Shown: one piece after another, positions 26,382-34,294 of the stretch
Layout of the letters: every line of letters begins with the position of its first letter
Numbering within the stretch: the first letter of the stretch is position 1
Assembly (NCBI GenBank): GCA_028691595.1
Contig: JAQUZA010000001.1
Span: forward strand, 1 to 48,612
Direction: 5' to 3'
DNA from: Candidatus Rifleibacteriota bacterium
GTDB lineage: Bacteria; Muiribacteriota; Ozemobacteria; Ozemobacterales; Ozemobacteraceae
DNA: 48,612 nt
Program-made: the position numbers and the translations under genes
The notes under the pieces: generated by a model
The model's input: only the letters and a program-made list of their open reading frames with translations
What the model was told of the DNA's origin: nothing
The model's database searches: none

Positions 26382-27123
26382 AGTTCCCGGTTTCTTTGCA
26401 AAAAATCTTTTCCCTGCCATGCTGGCAGGGTTTACTTTGTTCAGTTCCGTTCTCAGCGCAGGTTTAACGGTGCAGGGGCCATCGGGTTTCATTCAGGTCC
26501 CTTCGCACAAAACCGTCAACGCCAAAGAAGTCGAACTGGCAGTTCATAATCGTTTGTATCAGGTTCCAGGCACCAGTGATGAGGGCTACCTGACGCATAT
26601 GGCATTTGCATTCTCTCCTTTTCGAGACCTGGAACTGGGCTTGCAAAAAGCCATAGATTCGCGCAACAGCGCTCTTGACCCTGACCCAACGCTCAATTTC
26701 AAGGTCAGGCTTCCGTCAATCGGTGAGGGTGAATTTTCTGAACTCGCTTTTGGTGGAGTTTTCGACACTAATCCAAATAATTATCATACCTTATATCTTT
26801 CTCTGGGCGGCTTTGGCGTTGGCTGGAATTTTGGGGGCAACCCCGGCAGCGGTATGGCAAACTTCGGCGGCTACGATCAGGGCAAAAAAGAGCCTGAGTC
26901 TCTTTGTTTGCTTATTGGCGCTGAGTTTCCCGGCCGAAAGCCCGGCGAACGCGGTTATCGCAGTCAATATTTTCTTGATTACAACGGCGATGTGGTTTCG
27001 GCAGGCTGGAGATACAGCTCACATCGCGGTTTCTGGGTTGATGCTGCCATTCACAGCCCCAGCAGCTATGATGCATTCTATGATTACCGACCTTTGATAG
27101 TCGGGCTCGGCGCAAACTTTTAA
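26365..27123 (+). CDS. Putative outer-membrane beta-barrel protein
   Basis: Internal ATG 26365 of the 26137 ORF gives MQKKSKVPGFFAKNLFPAMLAGFTLFSSVLSA-GL, a signal peptide. The protein is rich in Gly and aromatic residues with alternating patterns and ends in GLGANF (C-terminal Phe). GFIQVPSH resembles the GLxxxPSA start of YjbH-like OMPs; that comparison is from memory. Confidence 0.55.
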   Translation: MQKKSKVPGFFAKNLFPAMLAGFTLFSSVLSAGLTVQGPSGFIQVPSHKTVNAKEVELAVHNRLYQVPGTSDEGYLTHMAFAFSPFRDLELGLQKAIDSRNSALDPDPTLNFKVRLPSIGEGEFSELAFGGVFDTNPNNYHTLYLSLGGFGVGWNFGGNPGSGMANFGGYDQGKKEPESLCLLIGAEFPGRKPGERGYRSQYFLDYNGDVVSAGWRYSSHRGFWVDAAIHSPSSYDAFYDYRPLIVGLGANF

Positions 27124-27127
27124 AAAT

Positions 27128-27157
27128 TTGCCGATCCGGCGGCTATGCTGCTATAAT
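27128..27157 (+). promoter_or_regulatory. Candidate sigma70-type promoter for nnr
   Basis: TTGCCG (27128-27133), an 18-nt spacer, then TATAAT (27152-27157), about 29 nt upstream of the nnr ATG. Confidence 0.35.
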
Positions 27158-27185
27158 TGGCCATCCCTGACAGGAGGATGGCAAT

Positions 27186-28751
27186 ATGAGGCTTTTTACC
27201 GCAGAGGAAATGCGTGCGGCCGACCAGCATGCAATCGAGAAGGTTGGCATTTCAGCCCTGGTTCTCATGGAAAACGCCGGAATAAAGGCGCTTTTGACCA
27301 TTGAAAAAATTCTCGGCGGTTTAAAGGGAAAAAGATTCACCGTTGTCTGTGGCCGTGGCAATAACGGCGGCGACGGCCTGGTGATTGCCCGTCACCTCTT
27401 TAACAATGACATTGCCGTGCACGTTTTTGTGACAGCCACTCCTGACGAAATGACCCCTGAGGCCCGCGCCAACTGTGAAATTTTGCTGAGAACCGGTTTA
27501 AATCCTGTGCTTCTCAAAGAACCCCAGGATATCGACCGTTTGCGTATTGCCATGGAATTCTCGGAATGTCTCGTGGATTGTCTTTATGGAACTGGCGTAA
27601 AAGGAGACATCGAGGGGTTTCCGGCAGAGATTGTCAGAGCCATGAATGATACCAGGGCGGTTAAGATTGCTATTGATCTGCCCTCTGGCCTTTGCGCGAC
27701 AACCGGTCATGTTTCAAACCCATGCATGGTTGCAAATTACACGGTCACTCTTGGTGTGCCCAAGGTTGGGCTGTTTGTGCTTCCCGGCAAACGGGCCGCC
27801 GGCGAAATATGGATTGCTGACATTGGTTTGCCGGCCGTCTCAGCTGCCAGTCCCGGTTCTTCGCATTTCCTCGTGACTTCGGGTCTTGTTTCATCAATCG
27901 TCCCGGAACGCGATGATTGCATTCACAAGGGAGATGCCGGCAAGATTCTGATTGTTGCCGGATCGAATGATTATCAGGGCGCTGGCGTAATGGCTTCTTA
28001 TGGCGCTTTACGCTCCGGAACAGGCATTGTGACTCTTGCTCTTCCTGATTGTCTTGAAGGAAAGATTTCCTGTCAGGTGCTTCCTGAAGTAATTCTTAAT
28101 TTTCTGCCATCTTCTGACGGCGGGTTTGACCTCTCTACCGAAAAATGTCTTGAACTTGCGGGCCGTTTCAGAACTGTTCTCGCCGGGCCGGGCTGGGGGC
28201 GTGGCGACAGCAGAGCCATGGCCCTTGAGAATCTTCTGCAGCACTGGAATGGCGTAGCGGTTCTCGATGCCGATGCATTGAACCTGGTTGCTGACAGTGA
28301 TATTCTCGCCAGTTCCCCGGCCCGAATTTTGATTACTCCGCACCTTGCCGAAATGGCGAGGCTTTGCCAGACCACCGTTGCTGAGGTTGCCGAAAATCAG
28401 GTAGAGATTGCCCGAAGATTTGCCCGTGAAAAAAAGGTAACGGTGGTGTTAAAGTCAGCAGTTACGATTATTGCTGATCAGAGGGGCGTTGTCTATGTTA
28501 ACAGTCGACCAAACAGTGGTCTGGCAAAAGGTGGAGCAGGGGATCTGCTGGCCGGGTTGATTGCCGGGTTGGCTGCAACCGGTATTTCAGAGCTGCATGC
28601 CGCAATTGCCGGCGTTTATCTTGTTTCTGAGGCTGCTGAACTTGCAAAAACGGAACTGGGGGCTGATTCGATGTCTATCAGTGAGGTTGCTTCTTATATT
28701 CCACGGGCTTTTAAATCAATTCGTGGCGAAGTTTTGCCAGAAAATCGCTAA
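27186..28751 (+). CDS. nnr: Bifunctional NAD(P)H-hydrate repair enzyme (epimerase/dehydratase)
   Basis: AGGAGGA SD. YjeF N-terminal motif CGRGNNGGDGLVIARHL. C-terminal carbohydrate-kinase half with IVAGSNDYQGAGV and KGGAGDLLAGLIAGL. Confidence 0.9.
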   Translation: MRLFTAEEMRAADQHAIEKVGISALVLMENAGIKALLTIEKILGGLKGKRFTVVCGRGNNGGDGLVIARHLFNNDIAVHVFVTATPDEMTPEARANCEILLRTGLNPVLLKEPQDIDRLRIAMEFSECLVDCLYGTGVKGDIEGFPAEIVRAMNDTRAVKIAIDLPSGLCATTGHVSNPCMVANYTVTLGVPKVGLFVLPGKRAAGEIWIADIGLPAVSAASPGSSHFLVTSGLVSSIVPERDDCIHKGDAGKILIVAGSNDYQGAGVMASYGALRSGTGIVTLALPDCLEGKISCQVLPEVILNFLPSSDGGFDLSTEKCLELAGRFRTVLAGPGWGRGDSRAMALENLLQHWNGVAVLDADALNLVADSDILASSPARILITPHLAEMARLCQTTVAEVAENQVEIARRFAREKKVTVVLKSAVTIIADQRGVVYVNSRPNSGLAKGGAGDLLAGLIAGLAATGISELHAAIAGVYLVSEAAELAKTELGADSMSISEVASYIPRAFKSIRGEVLPENR

Positions 28752-28823
28752 AAACTATGGCATTTTTTTTGTGCACAGTGCATAATTGAGCCGACAATAT
28801 AATCAAATAAGCAGGTAAAACAG

Positions 28824-29690
28824 TTGATAGGTATCACATTCATCGGTTCAGGCAGCAAGGGCAATGCAGCTTTACTTGAACTTGCGAATCGTTATTATCT
28901 TCTCGATGCAGGGCTTTCCTGTAAACGTATCAAAGATTTCCTTGACCAGCGGCATCTTGATTTCTCTGATCTTTCAGGGGTCTTCATAACGCACGAACAT
29001 GATGACCATATCAAGGGGTTGCGTGTTCTCTTGAGCCGGGCCGGCGAATTGCCACTTTACTGCACCAGGGGCACCATGTGCGCTCTAAATGCCCGTGGTC
29101 TTGAAGTTCCGAATCATGTCGAAATTGTTTATGGCCGTCGTCACGAACTCGAGGGCTGCAGTTTTCTGCCGTTCAAGGTGCCGCATGATGCTACCGAACC
29201 TGCTGGCCTCAGATTTGAAAGTTCAAACAAGATTATGGCACTCGCAACCGATCTTGGCCATGTAACTCCAGAAGTCCTGGAAAACATGAAGGATGCCGAT
29301 CTGGTCTGCGTAGAAAGCAACTATGATGAAGATATGCTGCGCACCAGTTCATACCCGGCCTGGTTAAAGCGCCGTATTCGCAGCCCAATGGGCCATCTGC
29401 CCAATGAAGGCGTTCGCGGCATACTGTCACGCATGAACAAGGTCCCGGAGGTCCTGGTGCTGATGCATATCAGTCAGGAATCAAACACCCCGGCGCTTGC
29501 GGTTGACGCTCTCGAAACATTTTTTTCCAATTCAGGTGCCAGATTCAGAACTGCCCATTTAAGTGTAACCTCCCAGGATCAACCCGGTGAGCGCCTGATG
29601 ATAGGTTCCGTTCTCCCTGAAAATCTCAAAAAAACATTGCTTGATAAGCATGAACGCATCGATCAGCCTTTTCTTAAAGTTGCCTGCTGA
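28824..29690 (+). CDS. MBL-fold metallo-hydrolase
   Basis: TTG start. GSGSKGNA and THEHDDHIKG (the HxHxDH motif). Confidence 0.8.
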   Translation: MIGITFIGSGSKGNAALLELANRYYLLDAGLSCKRIKDFLDQRHLDFSDLSGVFITHEHDDHIKGLRVLLSRAGELPLYCTRGTMCALNARGLEVPNHVEIVYGRRHELEGCSFLPFKVPHDATEPAGLRFESSNKIMALATDLGHVTPEVLENMKDADLVCVESNYDEDMLRTSSYPAWLKRRIRSPMGHLPNEGVRGILSRMNKVPEVLVLMHISQESNTPALAVDALETFFSNSGARFRTAHLSVTSQDQPGERLMIGSVLPENLKKTLLDKHERIDQPFLKVAC

Positions 29691-30115
29691 TGAAGGTCGA
29701 AATTCTCATGCTTGGAAAGATCGCCGATAAGCCCTATCAGAAGCTGGTCGATCTTTATCTTGAACGCTGTGCCCGTCGTTTACCGGTTGAAATTATAGCC
29801 TGCCGCAGCGAAGACGAACTGTTGAAGAGAATCAGCGGCAGAGAGTGTATCGTAGCTCTCGATGAGCATGCCAGTTGTCCTGATACTCAAGGCTTTTGCC
29901 GCTGGCTCGATCAGAAGATCAATTCAGGGGTCAATCGTATGACCATTTGTCTTGGTGGAGCTGCCGGGCATGATCCAAGAGTTAGAGCGGCCGCCGGTGA
30001 GTTTATTTCGCTTTCTCCATTGACCCTGAACCACCAGCTTGCGCTGCTGGTAATGGCCGAGCAGCTTTATCGCGCTGTTTCCATCATGTTTGGGGAGCCT
30101 TACCACAAAGCATGA
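29690..30115 (+). CDS. rlmH: 23S rRNA (pseudouridine1915-N3)-methyltransferase
   Basis: 141-aa SPOUT protein. ALDEHA, ICLGGAAGHD and LSLSPLTLNHQLALLVMAEQLYRA blocks. 1-nt overlap with the preceding stop. Confidence 0.85.
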   Translation: MKVEILMLGKIADKPYQKLVDLYLERCARRLPVEIIACRSEDELLKRISGRECIVALDEHASCPDTQGFCRWLDQKINSGVNRMTICLGGAAGHDPRVRAAAGEFISLSPLTLNHQLALLVMAEQLYRAVSIMFGEPYHKA

Positions 30116-30972
30116 TATACATAGAAAAACGAAAAATCGATCATATCAGCAGACTGGTGCACGATTATTCGGGCATTGTTGTCGAACGGGTTACCAGTCG
30201 CCAGGTCGAAAAGAAGATTTCTGACCAGATGTCGCGCTTCAAGGTCAGCAATCTTGATGATTATATAAGTATTCTCGAATCCTTCAGCCACAATCCACTG
30301 GCCATGGACGACCTGATAGCTGATCTGACCGTCAGCGAAAGCTTTTTTTTCCGCAATCCCGGGCAGTTCAAATACATGCTCGAAGTGCTTCTGCCAGAGT
30401 TTTTCGATCGCCAGGGCTTTCAATTTCCCTTCAGAATCTGGAGCGCCGGTTGTTCAAGAGGCGAAGAAGCTTATTCTATCGCTATGGTCGCGCGAAAATT
30501 TCAAAATCAGTTCGCTGAAGCCAGATTTTCAATTAACGCCGGTGATATAAACTCACGAAATCTGCAAATGGCAAAAGAAGGCGTATTTTGCAAACGTTCT
30601 TTACGTGACAAGTTGCCTGAATTTGAGGAATTTTTTGGTTTTTCTCTCGGAAGGTGTGACGAGAGCGGTAATTGCGTCGTTAACGAAGAACTGCGCAAAA
30701 TGATTGAATTTCAGCGGCTGAACCTTAAAAATTTACAAAGCTTGAAATGCCTGACAGGGTCCGATATCATCTTTTGTAGAAATGTTCTTATTTATTTTGA
30801 CGAGCATCTGCGGAGTCTTCTTTTTGAAGATTTTTTCAAATATCTGAACCCGGGGGGAGTAGTCTTTATCGGTGAAAGTGAATGTCTACCTCCTTTGGAT
30901 ATCGGTTTCGAAACCATAAATTATAAAAACAGCTACGCTTACCGTAAGCCACTGTTAAAGCAAAGCAAATGA
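30112..30972 (+). CDS. cheR: Chemotaxis protein methyltransferase CheR
   Basis: ATGA overlap with rlmH. LTVSESFFFRNPGQF, RIWSAGCSRGEEAYSIAM and IIFCRNVLIYFD. Confidence 0.85.
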   Translation: MIYIEKRKIDHISRLVHDYSGIVVERVTSRQVEKKISDQMSRFKVSNLDDYISILESFSHNPLAMDDLIADLTVSESFFFRNPGQFKYMLEVLLPEFFDRQGFQFPFRIWSAGCSRGEEAYSIAMVARKFQNQFAEARFSINAGDINSRNLQMAKEGVFCKRSLRDKLPEFEEFFGFSLGRCDESGNCVVNEELRKMIEFQRLNLKNLQSLKCLTGSDIIFCRNVLIYFDEHLRSLLFEDFFKYLNPGGVVFIGESECLPPLDIGFETINYKNSYAYRKPLLKQSK

Positions 30973-32030
30973 CAGAAAATAAAAAAATTAGAGTTTTGAT
31001 CGTTGATGATTCAGCATTCATGCGCACCGCTATTGAACGCATGATTAACAGTGATCCTTCCCTTGAGATTATCGGCTCGGCGGCGAATGGTCGTGAGGCT
31101 GTCGAAAAGGTAGCGCGTCTGCGGCCTGATGTCGTCACCATGGACGTGGAAATGCCAATCATGGATGGTCTTCAAGCGCTCAAGGAAATCATGAGGTTAT
31201 GCCCGACTCCGGTGCTTATGGTCAGTTCGCTGACTAAAGAAGGAGCCAAGGTTACCCTCGATGCCTTCGATCTCGGAGCTGTTGATTACGTTCCCAAGCC
31301 GGGCTCGACACTTTCTGCCACCATACTCACTCTCAAAGATGATTTGTTGCAAAAAATTCATGCAGCCGCCGGCTGCCAGCCGAAAGCTGTTAAACTTGAT
31401 TTTGCCGGAGCCCGTCGTGGGCCCAAAAAACCTTTGGCCAGCACCGATGAAATCATCAGCCGGGCAATTTTTATCGGTGCTTCAACGGGCGGGCCTCCAG
31501 CGGTTCAGAAGATTCTTAGCATGATTGACCCAGCTTTGCCGGCACCAATCGTCGTTGCTCAGCACATGCCCAAGGCTTTTACCGCGGCTTTTGCCTCAAG
31601 AATGAATCTTCTCTGTGGCATCAGGGTTAAAGAAGCTTGCGATGGAGAGCCTTTGCAGAATTCAATTGCCTATATCTGCCCGGGCGATCACCAGACCCGC
31701 GTGAGTCGAAGCATCGATGGGCGCTGTTGTTTTGCCATTACTCCGAATTCAATTGAACAAGATCGTTTCGCTCCCTGTATCAACACTCTGTTTTTCTCTG
31801 CTGCCAAAGAGTTTGCCCACAAAAGCATCGGGGTCATTCTCACAGGCATGGGCGAAGATGGTGTCAGAGGTATGAAAAATATTAAACTTATGGGTGGCCT
31901 GACCATAGCCCAGGATAGAAGTTCTTCAGTGGTCTACGGCATGCCGCGTGCTGCCCTCGAACAGGAAGCGGCCGTAAGAATCCTGAACCTCGAAGAAATA
32001 GCCCGCGAAATTGAACTTTCGCTTAAATAA
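30969..32030 (+). CDS. cheB: Chemotaxis response regulator protein-glutamate methylesterase CheB
   Basis: ATGA overlap with cheR. Receiver domain with VLIVDDSAFMR and DVVTMDVEMPIMDG. Esterase domain with IGASTGGP, AQHMP and LTGMGEDG. Confidence 0.9.
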   Translation: MTENKKIRVLIVDDSAFMRTAIERMINSDPSLEIIGSAANGREAVEKVARLRPDVVTMDVEMPIMDGLQALKEIMRLCPTPVLMVSSLTKEGAKVTLDAFDLGAVDYVPKPGSTLSATILTLKDDLLQKIHAAAGCQPKAVKLDFAGARRGPKKPLASTDEIISRAIFIGASTGGPPAVQKILSMIDPALPAPIVVAQHMPKAFTAAFASRMNLLCGIRVKEACDGEPLQNSIAYICPGDHQTRVSRSIDGRCCFAITPNSIEQDRFAPCINTLFFSAAKEFAHKSIGVILTGMGEDGVRGMKNIKLMGGLTIAQDRSSSVVYGMPRAALEQEAAVRILNLEEIAREIELSLK

Positions 32031-32053
32031 CTGCCTGCAACAGGAGAAACAAA

Positions 32054-32554
32054 GTGAATTTTAATACTGACGAATTAATGGAAATGGCCATTCAAATTGA
32101 GAAAAATGGTAAAGAATATTATGCCCTGATGATGGAAAAATCTGAAAACCCCGAGATCAGACAAGTTTTTGAATATCTTGGGCGTGAAGAGCAAAGTCAT
32201 CTTGAAAATTTTGTGAAAATTCGTGAGAAGCTTGCTGCCAGCCAGTCAGAGAAACAGTTTGAAATCGCTGACGAATATAATACTCCTGAAATGTTTAACT
32301 ATTTAAACGCCATGTTTGATGGGCGGGTATTTCCAAACCTTAACTCACACGCGGAAATTGCCGGAGAAATCAAATCAGACGAACAGGCAATCTATCATGC
32401 TATTGGTTTCGAAAAAGACACAGTGCTTTTTTTCCAGGAAATCTCGAACATTCTCGGTCCGACTGACCCGAATCGCGGCCTTGTTGAAGAATTGATCCGC
32501 CAGGAAAAAATTCACATCGCCAGGCTGTATACATTACTGGGTAATATAAAATAA
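32054..32554 (+). CDS. Ferritin-like (rubrerythrin-domain) protein
   Basis: GTG start with AGGAGA SD. Four-helix-bundle-type ExxH spacing (AIQIEKNGKEYY, GREEQSHLENF, IGFEKDTVLFF, RQEKIHIARL). Confidence 0.65.
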   Translation: MNFNTDELMEMAIQIEKNGKEYYALMMEKSENPEIRQVFEYLGREEQSHLENFVKIREKLAASQSEKQFEIADEYNTPEMFNYLNAMFDGRVFPNLNSHAEIAGEIKSDEQAIYHAIGFEKDTVLFFQEISNILGPTDPNRGLVEELIRQEKIHIARLYTLLGNIK

Positions 32555-32626
32555 ATTTCTATGCCTGGTGCCAAGAACAGAAAAACGAAGATGTGCGGCT
32601 TCAGATTGCCGCAGGGGGCAGAGACC

Positions 32627-34030
32627 ATGGTTTCTCTGGCTCTTTTCGTTTTTGATGCTCTGCTTCTAAATCAGATTTTTGTGCTGACTTTTTCTCTGTG
32701 GCTTGGCTCTGAGCAACAGATGTATATCTATCTGAATTCGTATTATCAGGTCAGATGGGTGTTTCTGGGGCTTTACACGGGGTTCGGTCTTCTTTCCGGG
32801 ATCTTTGATATCCGTAAGCTGGGCTCTGCTTCCGATATTTTTTCGCATGTTACTAATTCGCTTCTGGCTTCTTTTGTCGGTTTCAATCTGCTCGCTTTCT
32901 TTTCGCGCACCATTGCCAGTTATGCTCACACTTTTCCCAGGCCTATTTTCCTTCTGGCCACCGGGCTGAGTATTGTTTCGGCCTTTTTATTGCGCGCGAT
33001 TGTTTCAAGTCTGTTCAGGCCTCATCCGAGGCTTGTCAGGGCCATTATTATTGGCGACCATGTTGAAGGCCGGCGTATTATCAAGCATTTTCATCGGCGG
33101 GGTGGTGTCAGATTTAGAATAGTTCACGTCATGGCCGCTGATCAGGTTGATGAACTGGCTGCTGAGGTTGTTTTCAGGCACGCACACGAGGTGTTCGTGA
33201 CTAATCCGTCTATCGATCTCGATAATTTCTGGGCGCAGATTTACTATCAGCGCAAAGAAGAACCGCATGATTTCAAGGTGCGCATTTCGGTAGACCCGCG
33301 AAAGGCCGCGGGCACTGTGGGTTTGCAGAGCCTCGAAGATTTCCCACTCATCACCATTGCTTCCAGACCCATGGATGCGTTGCAACGTTTTGTAAAAAGA
33401 TCATTCGATATCGGTTTTTCAATCTTTGCGCTGCTGGTATCAATGCCGGTAATGGTCACTGCAGCTCTGCTCGTCAGGTTAGATTCGCCGGGCCCGGTCT
33501 TTTATAAGCAGAAGCGTGTCGGTCGTTATGGCAAAGAATTTGATGTGATCAAGTTTCGTTCAATGCGCGTCGGTTCTGAGGCCAAGGTTGGCCCCACTGT
33601 TGCCACGGCCGATGATCCGAGAATTTCAAAACTTGGGAAATTTCTTCGCCGCACCGGTATCGATGAATTGCCACAGTTTTTTCTGGTGCTGACCGGTGAA
33701 ATGTCTGTTGTTGGCCCCCGCCCGGAACGCCCCTTCTTTGTCAAAGACTATTACGAGTTTCAGGGTCGCAGGCTCTCAGTAAAACCTGGAGTAACAGGTC
33801 TGGCTGCAGTTAACTCCCGCTATTACCTCAGGCTGGTTGATAAAGTTACCTATGATTACTTTTATCTTGATAATTACAGTATAGTTCTTGATATCAAGAT
33901 TGTTTTTCAGACAGTGTGGGTGTTGCTTTTTGAGTCAAATAAGGCTTTGCATGATCAGCACCACGAACTCGACAAGATGAAGAAAATGCCAGGCGAAAAT
34001 GACCAGTCAGGAGCCGAAAATGACAATTGA
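32627..34030 (+). CDS. Polyprenyl-phosphate glycosyl-1-phosphate (priming) sugar transferase, WbaP/EpsB-like
   Basis: N-terminal TM bundle. C-terminal Bac_transf domain with KRSFDIGFSIFALL, PGPVFYKQKRVGRYGKEF, KFRSM, DELPQFFLVLTGEMSVVGPRP. The track ORF starts at 32561; ATG 32627 (MVSLALFVF) follows a GGGGG purine run and is my preferred start. Confidence 0.85.
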   Translation: MVSLALFVFDALLLNQIFVLTFSLWLGSEQQMYIYLNSYYQVRWVFLGLYTGFGLLSGIFDIRKLGSASDIFSHVTNSLLASFVGFNLLAFFSRTIASYAHTFPRPIFLLATGLSIVSAFLLRAIVSSLFRPHPRLVRAIIIGDHVEGRRIIKHFHRRGGVRFRIVHVMAADQVDELAAEVVFRHAHEVFVTNPSIDLDNFWAQIYYQRKEEPHDFKVRISVDPRKAAGTVGLQSLEDFPLITIASRPMDALQRFVKRSFDIGFSIFALLVSMPVMVTAALLVRLDSPGPVFYKQKRVGRYGKEFDVIKFRSMRVGSEAKVGPTVATADDPRISKLGKFLRRTGIDELPQFFLVLTGEMSVVGPRPERPFFVKDYYEFQGRRLSVKPGVTGLAAVNSRYYLRLVDKVTYDYFYLDNYSIVLDIKIVFQTVWVLLFESNKALHDQHHELDKMKKMPGENDQSGAENDN

Positions 34031-34211
34031 TGCCCGGATGACCATCGCTGATCTGCTTCGACAGAAGCCGGATGCCGCCAAAATTCTGCAGCAGTTCGGG
34101 ATGCATTGTATTGGCTGTGCAGTTGCGGCCGGCGAAACACTGGAAGGTGCTGCCAGGGCGCATGAAGTTTGCCTGGAAGAACTTCTTGCCGCTCTCAACA
34201 AAGCCGGTTGA
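34020..34211 (+). CDS. DUF1858-domain protein (hybrid-cluster-protein-associated redox-disulfide-like)
   Basis: MTIADLLRQKPDAAKILQQFGMHCIGCAVAAGETLEGAARAHEVCLEELLAALNKAG carries the CxxC in the characteristic DUF1858 context. The start is ambiguous between 33999, 34020 and 34038. It overlaps the end of the sugar transferase gene. Confidence 0.6.
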   Translation: MTIDARMTIADLLRQKPDAAKILQQFGMHCIGCAVAAGETLEGAARAHEVCLEELLAALNKAG

Positions 34212-34294
34212 AAAAACTTTGCCTGCTTTCGCATGTTTAAATAAATGGGAGCTTGTGCTATACTGCCCAAAATTTGTTGCAATAGCACCCAATA

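Noticed and set aside
25869-26492. 207-aa - strand ORF, and the 26137-26364 N-terminal extension of the OMP ORF
   Set aside because: Both give low-complexity V/A/F- or T/A/K-rich sequence. The + frame starting at 25995 has protein-like composition and consistent C-ending codons, and the OMP has a proper signal peptide only from ATG 26365.
27160-27182. Hairpin GCCATCC-N9-GGATGGC overlapping the nnr Shine-Dalgarno sequence
   Set aside because: If the TTGCCG/TATAAT promoter is real, transcription would start inside the 5' arm, so the structure could not form. There is no other support for a regulatory role.
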